Shown: positions 48,502 to 57,304 of the stretch, one piece after another
How positions within the stretch are numbered: position 1 is the first letter of the stretch
Layout: every line of letters begins with the position of its first letter
NCBI GenBank assembly: GCA_964410585.1
Contig: CAYPFW010000001.1
Coordinates: 64,001 to 128,000, forward strand
Length of the DNA: 64,000 bases
From: an uncultured archaeon
GTDB lineage: Archaea > Aenigmatarchaeota > Aenigmatarchaeia > QMZP01 > JACQNV01
Direction: 5' to 3'
The notes under the pieces: generated by a model
The model's input: only the letters and a program-made list of their open reading frames with translations
Databases searched by the model: none
Told to the model about the DNA's origin: nothing
Program-made: the position numbers and the translations under genes

Positions 48502-48882
48502 ATGAATGAAATAAAATTTCGTGGACTGGAATTTGAGCAAGTAAAAAAGCTTTCATTAGAAGAATTTAGCAACCTTCTTCCATCAAGGGACAGAAGAGCT
48601 CTTAGAAGAGGTTTCACAGACGCTGAGAAAAAACTTCTAAAAAGCGTCAGAAAAAACCCTAAAAAATTCCACAAAACACAAGCAAGGGAAATGATAATCA
48701 TACCAGAATTTGTAGGACAAAGAATAGGAATCCACAACGGCAAAGAATTTGTTGCTGTGGATATAAGACCAGAAATGATTGGACACAGGCTCGGCGAGTT
48801 TGCCCTAACAAGAAAATCAGTCAAGCACTCAGCTCCTGGTTTCGGTGCTACAAAATCATCAAAGTTCGTGCCATTGAAATAG
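48502..48882 (+). CDS. rps19: Ribosomal protein uS19
   Basis: HNGKEF, EMIGHRLGEF, GATKSSKFVPLK. Confidence 0.97.
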   Translation: MNEIKFRGLEFEQVKKLSLEEFSNLLPSRDRRALRRGFTDAEKKLLKSVRKNPKKFHKTQAREMIIIPEFVGQRIGIHNGKEFVAVDIRPEMIGHRLGEFALTRKSVKHSAPGFGATKSSKFVPLK

Positions 48883-48939
48883 CTAGCCTTTCTTTTCAGA
48901 AAAGAAAGTCTACCGTACCCAAAGAAAACGGTATACAGG
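48883..48939 (+). mobile_element. Module A element in the rps19-rpl22 spacer
   Basis: CTAGCCTTTCTTTTCAGAAAAGAAAGTCTACCGTACCCAAAGAAAACGGTATACA; flanks TTGAAATA / TTGATAAATA. Confidence 0.88.
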
Positions 48940-48948
48940 TTGATAAAT

Positions 48949-49332
48949 ATGTTAAAGTATTCCTTGAATCTAAAGCCAGAGAAGTCGGCAAAAGTTTACG
49001 GTTCAGGCTTGAGAATCTCAACAAAAAATTCAGCAATTGTTTGCAGATCAATAAACGGCATGCAACTTCAAAAAGCAAAAAAATTTTTGTTGAGAGTTTT
49101 GGAAGAAAAAAGTGAAATAAACGGCCGATACTACACAAAAACAACATCAACTGTCCTGGATATGATCTTGTCAGCAGAAAAAAACGCAGAATTCAAGGGT
49201 TTGGACACAGACAGACTTTTTGTCCACGCAGCTGCACAAGCAGGTTACAGGTTTTACAGACCTAGGAGAATGAAAATGCGAGGACAGCAAAGAAAGGTCT
49301 CAAATTTACAAATAGTATTGGAGCAGAGGTAA
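48949..49332 (+). CDS. rpl22: Ribosomal protein uL22
   Basis: LRIS.K, GRY..K, NAEFKGLD; start reassigned to ATG 48949. Confidence 0.93.
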   Translation: MLKYSLNLKPEKSAKVYGSGLRISTKNSAIVCRSINGMQLQKAKKFLLRVLEEKSEINGRYYTKTTSTVLDMILSAEKNAEFKGLDTDRLFVHAAAQAGYRFYRPRRMKMRGQQRKVSNLQIVLEQR

Positions 49333-49333
49333 A

Positions 49334-50143
49334 ATGCTAAACGATTACTTTGTTAAACAATCAATAAGGGAAGTAGAACTTGAAGATTACATTAAAACAA
49401 ACTTTCCTTCAGGCGATTATTCAGATATACTCATCCAAAGGACACCGCTTGGTTTGAAAATAATCATCTACACAAACAAACCAGGAAGGATAATTGGAAA
49501 AAGTGGGAAAAACATAGAAAAAATCGGTGAGTCTTTGAAAGAAAAATTCGGCCTTGAAAACCCGCAAATAGACATTAAGTCTGTTAGGCACCCGGACCTT
49601 GATCCAAAAATTGTCGCAAAACAAATTGCCTCTGCTCTTGAAAGAGGATACAATTACAAAAAAATTGGTAATGTTTTCTTGAAAAGAATAATAGACGCAG
49701 GCGCAATTGGATGTGAAATAATAATCAAAGGAAGCTTGGGCGGAAACATGGCAAGAATGGGTAAATTTATCTCAGGATATTTCAAACATTGTGGACAGCC
49801 AGCAAAAGAACTTGTTCACACAGCACGATTCCAGGCCCAAACAAAAAGAGGAATAATAGGAATTACAGTTAAAATCCTAGAAGAATTTCAGGATATCACA
49901 GGTGTCAGAAAAACAAAAGCCCAACTTCAGGAAGAAAAGGAAAAGCTCAAGGAAATGCTCCAAAGAAGGTTTATAGAATCTGAAGCAACAAAAGAATCTA
50001 TTGAAAACGAAGAGAGAATGGGGAAGACAGAAATTCCACCCGCAACAGAAAAAATAAAGCCTGTAAAAGAAAAAAAACCAAGAAAACCGAGGGTTCCTAA
50101 AAAGAAAGATGAGGTCCTAAAAGAGGAAAAACCTAAGGAATAG
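49334..50143 (+). CDS. rps3: Ribosomal protein uS3
   Basis: RTPLG, PGRIIGKSG (KH domain), GAIGCEI. Confidence 0.95.
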   Translation: MLNDYFVKQSIREVELEDYIKTNFPSGDYSDILIQRTPLGLKIIIYTNKPGRIIGKSGKNIEKIGESLKEKFGLENPQIDIKSVRHPDLDPKIVAKQIASALERGYNYKKIGNVFLKRIIDAGAIGCEIIIKGSLGGNMARMGKFISGYFKHCGQPAKELVHTARFQAQTKRGIIGITVKILEEFQDITGVRKTKAQLQEEKEKLKEMLQRRFIESEATKESIENEERMGKTEIPPATEKIKPVKEKKPRKPRVPKKKDEVLKEEKPKE

Positions 50144-50145
50144 AT

Positions 50146-50403
50146 ATGGCAATTTTAAGATTGGATGAAATGAGAAAAATGGAAGAAAAAGACCTAAATT
50201 CAAAAATAACAGAGTTGAGAATTGAGCTTGCTAAGGAAAAAGCCAATATAAGAATAGGCGCTTCTGTGTCTTCTCCTGGAAGACTAAAACAGATAAAGAA
50301 GACAATAGCAAGAGTTGAGACACTCAAAAAGGAAAAGCTATTAAAGGCTAAGAATCAAGAAATAAGTAAGTCAGCTCCAAAGGCTGATAAAGAGGGGAAA
50401 TAA
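50146..50403 (+). CDS. rpl29: Ribosomal protein uL29
   Basis: MAILR..E.R.M, PGR....KKTIAR..T. Confidence 0.93.
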   Translation: MAILRLDEMRKMEEKDLNSKITELRIELAKEKANIRIGASVSSPGRLKQIKKTIARVETLKKEKLLKAKNQEISKSAPKADKEGK

Positions 50404-50407
50404 GTAA

Positions 50408-50710
50408 ATGGCAGTTTGTCCTAATTGTGGCTTACCAAAAGAAATTTGTGCATGTGAAAGCATAGCACGCGAAGAGGAAAAGATAAAAGTTTTTTCTGAA
50501 AAAAGAAGATACTCACGTCCTATCACAATAATCCATGGTTTGAGCAAGAGTGCTGATAGCAAAGGTATTTTGAAAGAGTTAAAAACCCGCTTGGCTTGTG
50601 GTGGAACAATAAAAAACAATGAAATCGAGCTGCAAGGCGAGCATGTTGAAAAAGTCAAACAACTTTTGCTCAAACTCGGTTTCCAAAAGGAACAGATAGA
50701 AGACTTTTAG
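50408..50710 (+). CDS. sui1: Translation initiation factor aIF1 (SUI1)
   Basis: CGLPKEIC.CE, LACGGT, IELQGEH. Confidence 0.96.
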   Translation: MAVCPNCGLPKEICACESIAREEEKIKVFSEKRRYSRPITIIHGLSKSADSKGILKELKTRLACGGTIKNNEIELQGEHVEKVKQLLLKLGFQKEQIEDF

Positions 50711-50915
50711 CACTTTTCTTTTTCTGCTCAGTTTTGAAAAAAGAAATCGTGTCTCTTTGGTTATATTGTGACACGAGATTGAGTGAGCTTGTCTCACTCA
50801 AGATGTGCTCACTGCTCATGTGCTGTTGCACATGACATCTCAGCATCTATTTCACAGTGAGATGCTGACCTGCACTAAAGAAAACAAGCGATTGACTTCA
50901 AAAAAATATACAACT
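50711..50915 (+). mobile_element. Expanded module A element with about five tandem hairpins, including module C
   Basis: TAG|CACTTTTCTTTTTC..GAAAAAAGAAA, TCGTGTC/GACACGA, TTGAGTGAG/CTCACTCAA, TCATGTGC/GCACATGA, TCAGCATCT/AGATGCTGA, tail CCTGCACTAAAGAAAAC. Confidence 0.7.
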
Positions 50916-50925
50916 AGATACTCTA

Positions 50926-51537
50926 TTAATTTATTTCCATCCTATACTTCTTCGGCAAACCAAATGACGCCACCATCATGACTGCACCGATCACAAGAAA
51001 AACTATTGTATACAAGCTGAATTCAGGTTCTTGTTCAGTTTCAACTGTTTGTATAATAGAAGTATCTTCTCTTTCTTTATTTTCAGTCTCATTAAAGGAA
51101 CTAGCTGCTTTGAGAGCTCCTGTGACTTTTTCTTGACTGATAACTGAAGGACTTGTTAAAGCAGCATCTGCCAAACTATTTATTTCATATTGACTAGAAA
51201 ACTGAGATGAATAAGGCTGAAAAAATGTTGCAAAGGCTCCCAAAAATATCAATCCACCTAAAACCAAAATAACAACAAATTGCGGTGTGTATTGCGGTTT
51301 CACTAAAGTATTTCCTTTTTCAGTTAGTTCATAGTAAATCCATTTATGTCCAGTTTCCTTTCTTTGAATTAGTCTAGAGTCTTCTAAATTTTTCAAGTGT
51401 TCAGAAATTGTGGAGGCTGCCATTCCAAATTCTTTGGCTAACTCAGTCGGCATTTTCCTTCTCCTGGCTAAACTTTTCAGTATATCTATTCTTGTCTCTG
51501 ATGAGAGCGATTTTATCGTAGTCCTATCAAGCTCCAT
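50926..51537 (-). CDS. Membrane-anchored ArsR-type winged-helix regulator
   Basis: LSSETRIDIL, TELAKE..STISEHL..L, YYELTEKG; two TM helices. Confidence 0.88.
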   Translation of the reverse strand: MELDRTTIKSLSSETRIDILKSLARRRKMPTELAKEFGMAASTISEHLKNLEDSRLIQRKETGHKWIYYELTEKGNTLVKPQYTPQFVVILVLGGLIFLGAFATFFQPYSSQFSSQYEINSLADAALTSPSVISQEKVTGALKAASSFNETENKEREDTSIIQTVETEQEPEFSLYTIVFLVIGAVMMVASFGLPKKYRMEIN

Positions 51538-51578
51538 ATTTAGTGTTTATTTTGTCTTGTTTAAATATGACCTGATAT

Positions 51579-51598
51579 TATTCGGTTTCTGCCGAATA
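51579..51598. promoter_or_regulatory. Palindrome TATTCGG-N6-CCGAATA, candidate operator
   Basis: Perfect 7-bp inverted repeat just upstream of the TATA-like TATTTAAA of the ArsR gene. Confidence 0.5.
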
Positions 51599-51709
51599 GT
51601 TTGCATAGTCATTTGTTCTTACAAAAAAAGATAAAATATGAATAGATATGTGATAATAATTTCGTTTCTAACAGGTTTTTCGATAGTGGTTTCTACAATT
51701 TTTTTATAG

Positions 51710-52030
51710 TTAAGGGAAAATAATGTGTCTTGATTTGTCAACCCTTGTCCAATCACCCTCACTTGTTTCATATGCCACTAATCTTCTATTGAAAAAAGTT
51801 AGCTTTTTCGGATCGTGTTCTAATGGAATAGGTCCACCATACTCTATCCTATGTGGACCAAACTTTTCCTCAACCCAAGCACCTATGCCGTTTATTGTAA
51901 ATCTCCATAGGGTGTATTCATAATTTCCAAAAAATCTTCTACACCTTTTTTGTTCAGTTGGTTCTCTGATATGAAAACCAAGTGCTCTCATCTGCTGTAC
52001 GAATCCGGGTATCATATATAGGTCTGTCAT
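51710..52030 (-). CDS. Hypothetical protein
   Basis: 106-aa ORF filling the spacer. Confidence 0.6.
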   Translation of the reverse strand: MTDLYMIPGFVQQMRALGFHIREPTEQKRCRRFFGNYEYTLWRFTINGIGAWVEEKFGPHRIEYGGPIPLEHDPKKLTFFNRRLVAYETSEGDWTRVDKSRHIIFP

Positions 52031-52059
52031 TCAAAAAGTATATAAGATAGTTTTAAATT

Positions 52060-52338
52060 ATGATCACTCCTGAAAATTTAGTCAGACACGAACTAATAGG
52101 CCTGAAAGTCCTAGTTGAAAAATCAACAAACAAGTTGCAGCAAGGCCTGTCTGGAACAATAGTTGACGAAACAAGGCAAACGCTTACCCTCAGAGATTCT
52201 GCCGGAGAAAAACAGGTTTTGAAGGATCAGTGTGTTTTTGTTTTTTCTCTTCCTTCTGAAAAAAAAGTCCGGGTTGATGGAAAAGTACTTGTTTCTAGAC
52301 CAGAAGATAGGATAAAGAAAAAACTGAGAGTGTGGTAG
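52060..52338 (+). CDS. rnp1: RNase P protein component 1 (Rpp29)
   Basis: HELIGL, G..VDET, RPEDRIKK. Confidence 0.95.
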   Translation: MITPENLVRHELIGLKVLVEKSTNKLQQGLSGTIVDETRQTLTLRDSAGEKQVLKDQCVFVFSLPSEKKVRVDGKVLVSRPEDRIKKKLRVW

Positions 52339-52339
52339 T

Positions 52340-52564
52340 ATGGAAGTGAAAAAGGGAAAATACTTGCATTACAAGGGAAAAGAATACAAAGTCCTTGGAG
52401 TAGCAAAACACAGCGAGACAATGGAAGATCTAGTTGTCTATCAAGCGCTTTATGATTCAAAAGAGTTTGGCAAAAATGCGCTTTGGGTAAGGCCAAAGAA
52501 AATGTTTCTGGAAAATGTTGTTGTGGATGGAAAAGAAGTGCCTAGGTTCAAGATGATCACGTGA
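52340..52564 (+). CDS. DUF1653 domain protein
   Basis: GKY.HYKG..Y, HSET.E.LVVY, WVRP..MF, RF. Confidence 0.92.
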   Translation: MEVKKGKYLHYKGKEYKVLGVAKHSETMEDLVVYQALYDSKEFGKNALWVRPKKMFLENVVVDGKEVPRFKMIT

Positions 52565-52884
52565 AGAGATTTAAATCTAATCATGCTATTCTGCTTATGG
52601 GTTACATAGATCAAATTTTTAGACGTCCAGAGGACGATGTATTTGTCGTAGCAGAACCAAGACATGGAATAGCTGGTCTACAATATATTGGATCAGTGCC
52701 CTATAGACTCGATTTCCCGAATAGAGCTGTAGATAGTGCTCACTATGTTTCTAGAGCTGAATTAAGAAGAGCTCTTGCAGATAAACAAATAGAGCTTGAA
52801 AGAAGTTTAGCTATAACAGGTGATATACTTGAAAGCCTTGATCCGAGGAAGATGAAAAAGCAAACTGATAGAGCAGAATCCTAA
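52561..52884 (+). CDS. Hypothetical protein
   Basis: 107-aa ORF with GTGA overlap; start uncertain. Confidence 0.55.
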   Translation: MKRFKSNHAILLMGYIDQIFRRPEDDVFVVAEPRHGIAGLQYIGSVPYRLDFPNRAVDSAHYVSRAELRRALADKQIELERSLAITGDILESLDPRKMKKQTDRAES

Positions 52885-52930
52885 TTATATTTGAATTATT
52901 TATATACTCGGGAGTACCAATTTAGGTATT

Positions 52931-53143
52931 ATGGCAGAACATTCAAAAGGTTGTAGGGCTGCTTTGGCTGTATTTGGCCTGCTATTTTTGTTAGTGGGTT
53001 TGTATGCAGTCATGGGTGACCTTGGATCAGCAACAAAAATGGTTGACAAATGGTCTTTGGTCATCGTCCTTGGAGGCTTAATGCTTCTCCTTAAAGGAGC
53101 ATTTGGCGGAAAATGTGCAGCATGTGGTGGTCAATCAAAATAA
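52931..53143 (+). CDS. Small two-TM membrane protein with C-terminal CxxC
   Basis: Two hydrophobic helices, CAAC. Confidence 0.65.
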   Translation: MAEHSKGCRAALAVFGLLFLLVGLYAVMGDLGSATKMVDKWSLVIVLGGLMLLLKGAFGGKCAACGGQSK

Positions 53144-53171
53144 TTTTGGGCCACTTAATTTTTTCTATTTC

Positions 53172-53624
53172 TTATTTTTCTTTGTTTAGAATATTCAGAA
53201 GATCGACTAAATATCTTATTGTGTATGTTGGTTCCTCCTCCTTTGTTTGAGGAAGAATTTTAGAGTATTTCCCAAATTTGAACCAAACAGTTTTCATGCC
53301 AGCCTTATTTCCAGCTTTTATTTCAGCCTGAATTTTGTCACCAACAACCAACACCTCTTCTGGTTTCAATCCCATTTCAGCTGCACATTCCAAAAAATGT
53401 TTTTTATCCTTGTGCTCGCCTTCAACAACGATTATTTTTGTGAATTTTTTATCCAACCCCTTTTCTTCCAAACTTTCCAATCTATGCCCCTCGCCTGTTG
53501 TGATTAGGCAAAGTTTGTATTTCTTAGAAAGTTCCTCTAAAAGTCCTGGAACTTCGTCTATTAAGTCCCATTTTTCTGGGTCAAACAGAGTCCTATTATA
53601 ATCAAAAATTATTCCTTTAATCAT
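53172..53624 (-). CDS. HAD-superfamily hydrolase
   Basis: IIFDYNRTL, VVGD..EI.AG.AGM. Confidence 0.88.
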   Translation of the reverse strand: MIKGIIFDYNRTLFDPEKWDLIDEVPGLLEELSKKYKLCLITTGEGHRLESLEEKGLDKKFTKIIVVEGEHKDKKHFLECAAEMGLKPEEVLVVGDKIQAEIKAGNKAGMKTVWFKFGKYSKILPQTKEEEPTYTIRYLVDLLNILNKEK

Positions 53625-53672
53625 GTTCTATGATTGAAACTGCACATTTAAAAACAAAATCCAATTAGAACC

Positions 53673-53963
53673 ATGCCAACAAAAGAAGAAGTGATAGAGG
53701 TCCTGAAGAAAATAGAAGATCCTGAAATTCATATTGATATCTGGACACTGGAATTGGTGAGGGATATTGTAATTGAAAATGAAAGGGTAAAAATTAAAAT
53801 GACCCTGACAACACCTGCTTGTCCATATGGGCCTGCTTTAATACAAGAAGTTGAAAGCACACTCAAAACCCTTCCAGGTATAAATTCAGTTGAAATAGAA
53901 CTTGTTTTCTCTCCCCCTTGGCAGCCTTCAGATGAAGTAAAGGAAATGTTGGGGCTCACTTAA
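53673..53963 (+). CDS. DUF59/SufT Fe-S assembly protein
   Basis: DPE..IDI..L.LV, MTLTTPACP, PPW. Confidence 0.93.
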   Translation: MPTKEEVIEVLKKIEDPEIHIDIWTLELVRDIVIENERVKIKMTLTTPACPYGPALIQEVESTLKTLPGINSVEIELVFSPPWQPSDEVKEMLGLT

Positions 53964-53978
53964 GCCTTTATAAACACC

Positions 53979-54035
53979 AGCTAGCCTTCTTTTAGAAAAA
54001 GAAGGCTACCGTACCCAAGAAAACTATAATTCACA
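53979..54035 (+). mobile_element. Module A element with 12-bp flanking direct repeat (one mismatch)
   Basis: CTAGCCTTCTTTTAGAAAAAGAAGGCTACCGTACCCAAGAAAAC; TTTATAAACACC 53967-53978 and TTTATAAATACC 54036-54047. Confidence 0.88.
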
Positions 54036-54070
54036 TTTATAAATACCTCATTTCTATATACTAAGATAAT

Positions 54071-54391
54071 ATGAAAACAAACATAGGCGTTGAAGCCAAC
54101 CCACCAAAAGAAAAGTGCGAAGATAAGAAATGCCCATGGCATGGCCAGCTTTCTGTTAGAGGCAGGGTCTTCGATGTAGTGATAAAAAGCACAAAACCAA
54201 ACAAAACAGCAATTGTCGGCTGGGATTACAATCTATATTTGCAAAAATACGAAAGGTTTGAAAGAAGAAAAAGCAGGTTATCTGCATACAATCCTTCTTG
54301 TTTGAGGGCAAAGGAAGGCGACAAAGTAAGGATAGCAGAGTGCAAGCCTCTTTCAAAAACAAAAAGCTTCGTAGTTGTTGGAAAGCTTTGA
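54071..54391 (+). CDS. rps17: Ribosomal protein uS17
   Basis: C.D..CPWHG.L.VRG, KYER.E, ECKPLSKTK. Confidence 0.97.
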   Translation: MKTNIGVEANPPKEKCEDKKCPWHGQLSVRGRVFDVVIKSTKPNKTAIVGWDYNLYLQKYERFERRKSRLSAYNPSCLRAKEGDKVRIAECKPLSKTKSFVVVGKL

Positions 54392-54578
54392 TAGGAAACT
54401 TTTTGCCTTCCTATCAACAAGTTCGTCTGATGTGGAGATGACGAACATTTATAAGATCGGTGATCAATATACCTATTCAAAAGGTTTAAGCGTCGCGGAA
54501 GGCGTAAAATTTTTCCGAGCAACAGCGAAGAAAAATTTAGCCTCCTGTTTTGCTTAAGCTTTTGGGACAAAAGCTTAT
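54392..54578 (+). mobile_element. Two hairpins plus module B filling the rps17-rpl14 spacer
   Basis: TGATAGGAA/TTCCTATCA, GTTCGTC/GACGAAC, then AAGGTTTAAGC..GGAAGGCGTA..TAGCCTCC..GCTTAAGCTTTTGGGACAAAAGCTTAT|ATG. Confidence 0.85.
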
Positions 54579-54977
54579 ATGAAGGGACTTTCAGCTAACA
54601 TCACAAAAGGACTTGGAACAAAATCCATACTCACATGTATAGACAATACAGGTGCAAAAGAATTGGAAATAATATCTGTCCGAGGATTCAAGGGTAAAAG
54701 AAGGACAAAACCAAGAGCAGGCGTCGGTGACCAAGTCACATGCAGAGTGAAAAGGGGAGTTGAAAAAGTCAGGCACGAAATGTTCAAAGTTGTGATTGTT
54801 AGGCAAACAAAAGAATACAGAAGGTTTGATGGAACAAGAATAAGCTTTGAAGACAATGCAGGTGTAATAATCAATGAAATGGGTGAGCCAACAGGAACCC
54901 TTTTGAAAGGCCCAATTGCAAAAGAAGCTGTGGAAAGATTCCCAACAGTTGGAAAGTTGGCATCAATAATAATTTGA
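54579..54977 (+). CDS. rpl14: Ribosomal protein uL14
   Basis: DNTGAK, FEDNA, KGPIAKEA. Confidence 0.97.
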   Translation: MKGLSANITKGLGTKSILTCIDNTGAKELEIISVRGFKGKRRTKPRAGVGDQVTCRVKRGVEKVRHEMFKVVIVRQTKEYRRFDGTRISFEDNAGVIINEMGEPTGTLLKGPIAKEAVERFPTVGKLASIII

Positions 54978-54978
54978 T

Positions 54979-55191
54979 ATGGTCAACGTAACAAGAATAG
55001 GTGGATACACAGTAAGAGAAGATAGTGAAGAGATTCATGTTGTGATGCCTTCGGGAAGAGTTGCAGAGATTGATGGTGATGATTATCACGCTTTCCGTAA
55101 CCAAGTATATGCGGCCATGCGATCAGGTGCAACTGTTGCAGTTGATGTGCTTAGTAATTTTTTGAAGGATAGAGGAATTAGAAATTTATGA
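54979..55191 (+). CDS. Orphan 70-aa protein between rpl14 and rpl24
   Basis: Tightly coupled on both sides (1-nt gap and ATGA overlap). Confidence 0.65.
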   Translation: MVNVTRIGGYTVREDSEEIHVVMPSGRVAEIDGDDYHAFRNQVYAAMRSGATVAVDVLSNFLKDRGIRNL

Positions 55192-55589
55192 AAACACAGT
55201 GGTCAACAAGCTGGATAAGCAGCAAGCAGCCAAGGAAGCAAAGAAAATATAGATACAATGCTCCTCTTCATGTCAGAAGAAAATTTGTTTCAGCACACTT
55301 ATCAAAAGTTCTTAGAAAAAGATTCAACAGAAGGGCAGTCCCTTTGAGAAAAGGTGATGAAGTCGAGGTCATGAGAGGAAATTTCAGTGGCCAAAAAGGC
55401 AAGGTTGAAAGAGTAGATCTTAAACACTCCAAAGTTTATGTTGAAAACATAAAAGTAAAAAAAGTCAACGGCACAGAAGTTTTAAAACCTTTAGAGCCTT
55501 CAAATCTCCTAATAACAAACCTGGTCCTCGAAGACAAAATGAGGAAAAAAGTCTTGGAAAAGAAAATGATCAAAGAGGAGGCTAAATAA
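55188..55589 (+). CDS. rpl24: Ribosomal protein uL24
   Basis: SKQPRKQRK..YNAPLH, KGDEV..MRG. Confidence 0.97.
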   Translation: MKTQWSTSWISSKQPRKQRKYRYNAPLHVRRKFVSAHLSKVLRKRFNRRAVPLRKGDEVEVMRGNFSGQKGKVERVDLKHSKVYVENIKVKKVNGTEVLKPLEPSNLLITNLVLEDKMRKKVLEKKMIKEEAK

Positions 55590-56305
55590 TGTACCTAAAA
55601 AGATATTCAGCTCCAGAGCAATGGAAGATTGGAAAAAAAGCATACACATGGGTAGTTAAACCATCTCCTGGACCTCATCCGCTGAAAAAATCTATTCCCC
55701 TTCAAATTCTTGTTAGGGACGTTTTCAAATTCGCAGACACGGCAGCAGAAGCAAAAAAAATAATCCATTCTGGAAAAATTTTAGTTGACAAAAAAGAAAG
55801 GAAAGATCCAAAATATCCTGTCGGTTTAATGGATTTGATAGATATACCATCTATCCAAAAATCATATAGAGTTTTCCCATCCAAAAAAGGACTTGAGGTT
55901 CTCGAAGCTAGCCAAAGTGAAAACGCAAAACTTTGCAGAATAAACGACAAAAGAACATTGAAGAAAAATGTTTTCCAATTAAATCTTCATGACGGAAGAA
56001 ATCTTATCACAAGTGAAAACACATACAAGCCAGGCGATTCTATTCTGATTAGTTTACCAGGACAGGAAATTGTAAAACATTATTCACTAAAACAGGGCGA
56101 ACATGCTTATGTTATTTCAGGAAAAAATATTGGATTCAAAGGCTCAATAAAAGAAATAAAACAAAGAAAGTATATGAGAGAAAGTAGTAAAGTTGTTTTG
56201 GAAAAAGACAAAGACAGGATAGAAACTCTGAAAGATTACATTTTGGTTGGTGAGTTAACAGGCGAACAAAAAGTTGAAAAGAAAAAGAAAAAAGAAAGTG
56301 AATAG
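55589..56305 (+). CDS. rps4e: Ribosomal protein eS4
   Basis: LKR..AP, PSPGPH, PVGLMD, LHDGRN. Confidence 0.96.
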   Translation: MYLKRYSAPEQWKIGKKAYTWVVKPSPGPHPLKKSIPLQILVRDVFKFADTAAEAKKIIHSGKILVDKKERKDPKYPVGLMDLIDIPSIQKSYRVFPSKKGLEVLEASQSENAKLCRINDKRTLKKNVFQLNLHDGRNLITSENTYKPGDSILISLPGQEIVKHYSLKQGEHAYVISGKNIGFKGSIKEIKQRKYMRESSKVVLEKDKDRIETLKDYILVGELTGEQKVEKKKKKESE

Positions 56306-56307
56306 AT

Positions 56308-56823
56308 ATGTTGAGCATGCGAGATGTTAAATTGGAAAAGGTTACGATTAATGTAGGCACAGGAGAACCTGGACCTAAATTAGAAAAAGCAAGAAAAATA
56401 GTTGAAAAAATAAGTCAAAGAAAGGCAGTTATTACAAAGGCTAAAAAGAGAACAACTTTCGGAACAGTCAAAGGAAAGCAAATAGGTGTTAAAGTCACAT
56501 TGAGAGGAAAGCCTGCAGCAGAATTTTTAAAAAGTGCTTTCAAGTCTGTTGGAAACAAGCTAAAGGCTTCACAGTTTGATGCTTCAGGAAACTTTTCATT
56601 TGGAATAGAGGAATACATAAACATCCCCGGTATAAAATATGATCCGGAAGTTGGTATGATGGGAATGGATGTATGTGTTACACTCCAAAGACCTGGATAT
56701 AGGGTTAAGAAAAGGATGATAAGGCCGGCAAAAATAGGTAAAAATCATTTGCTAAAAAAAGAAGATTCAATTGAATTTGTAAAAAAACAATTTGGAATAC
56801 AAATATCTGAGGATCAAAAATAA
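56308..56823 (+). CDS. rpl5: Ribosomal protein uL5
   Basis: KVTINVG.GE, IG.KVTLRG, GNFSFGI.E, YDP.VG..GMD. Confidence 0.97.
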   Translation: MLSMRDVKLEKVTINVGTGEPGPKLEKARKIVEKISQRKAVITKAKKRTTFGTVKGKQIGVKVTLRGKPAAEFLKSAFKSVGNKLKASQFDASGNFSFGIEEYINIPGIKYDPEVGMMGMDVCVTLQRPGYRVKKRMIRPAKIGKNHLLKKEDSIEFVKKQFGIQISEDQK

Positions 56824-56850
56824 AATCATGGAGGGTCTAGAAATATAAAA

Positions 56851-56941
56851 AAAGTTTAAGCGTGGAAGGCGTAATTTTTTGCAAGCAACAGCGAAGCAAA
56901 AAATAGCCTCCGTTTTTGCTTAAGCTTTTGACTAAAAGCTT
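56851..56941 (+). mobile_element. Module B element abutting the rps14 start
   Basis: AAAGTTTAAGC-GTGGAAGGCGTA..TAGCCTCC-GTTTTT-GCTTAAGCTTTTGACTAAAAGCTT|ATG. Confidence 0.88.
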
Positions 56942-57163
56942 ATGAGCTTTGAAAATTCATTGAAACAGGTGAAGAATAAACCAGAAAAAATGAAAAGGGT
57001 ACTTAAATTTAGTTCACCCAAAAAAAGAAAATTTGGAAAAAATTCTCATCCCTGCAGAAGATGTGGTAGGACAAGGGGAGTAATAATGAAGTATGGCTTG
57101 CAATATTGCAGGCAATGTTTCAGAGAGCAAGCACAGAGGCTTGGTTTCAACAAATTTTCCTGA
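56942..57163 (+). CDS. rps14: Ribosomal protein uS14 (Zn-binding)
   Basis: CRRCG, KYGL..CRQCFRE. Confidence 0.96.
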   Translation: MSFENSLKQVKNKPEKMKRVLKFSSPKKRKFGKNSHPCRRCGRTRGVIMKYGLQYCRQCFREQAQRLGFNKFS

Positions 57164-57290
57164 TCCTAACCTTTTAGGAAAAGGTTAAGGTTCACCCAAA
57201 GAAACTACAGCTGAGTTCAACAAAGCTACCGTACCCAAAAATCAAAAATATACAAATTTGGGAACCCAGAGAAACAGTATACAAAATCAA
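57164..57290 (+). repeat. Module A element with three tandem A-tails
   Basis: TAACCTTTTAGGAAAAGGTTA..CACCCAAAGAAACTACA; GCTACCGTACCCAAAAAT..TATACAAA; ACCCAGAGAAACAGTATACAAAA. Confidence 0.78.
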
Positions 57291-57304
57291 TTGACGAGGA
57301 AAAT

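Noticed and set aside
54375-54557. 60-aa ORF between rps17 and rpl14
   Set aside because: It has a TTG start inside rps17 and runs through the structured element; likely spurious.
2650-56941. Elements as ordinary intrinsic terminators
   Set aside because: They lie inside operons, a tRNA and a CDS, share sequence beyond the stems, and have A-rich rather than U-rich 3' tails in the sense orientation; antisense copies could still terminate incidentally.
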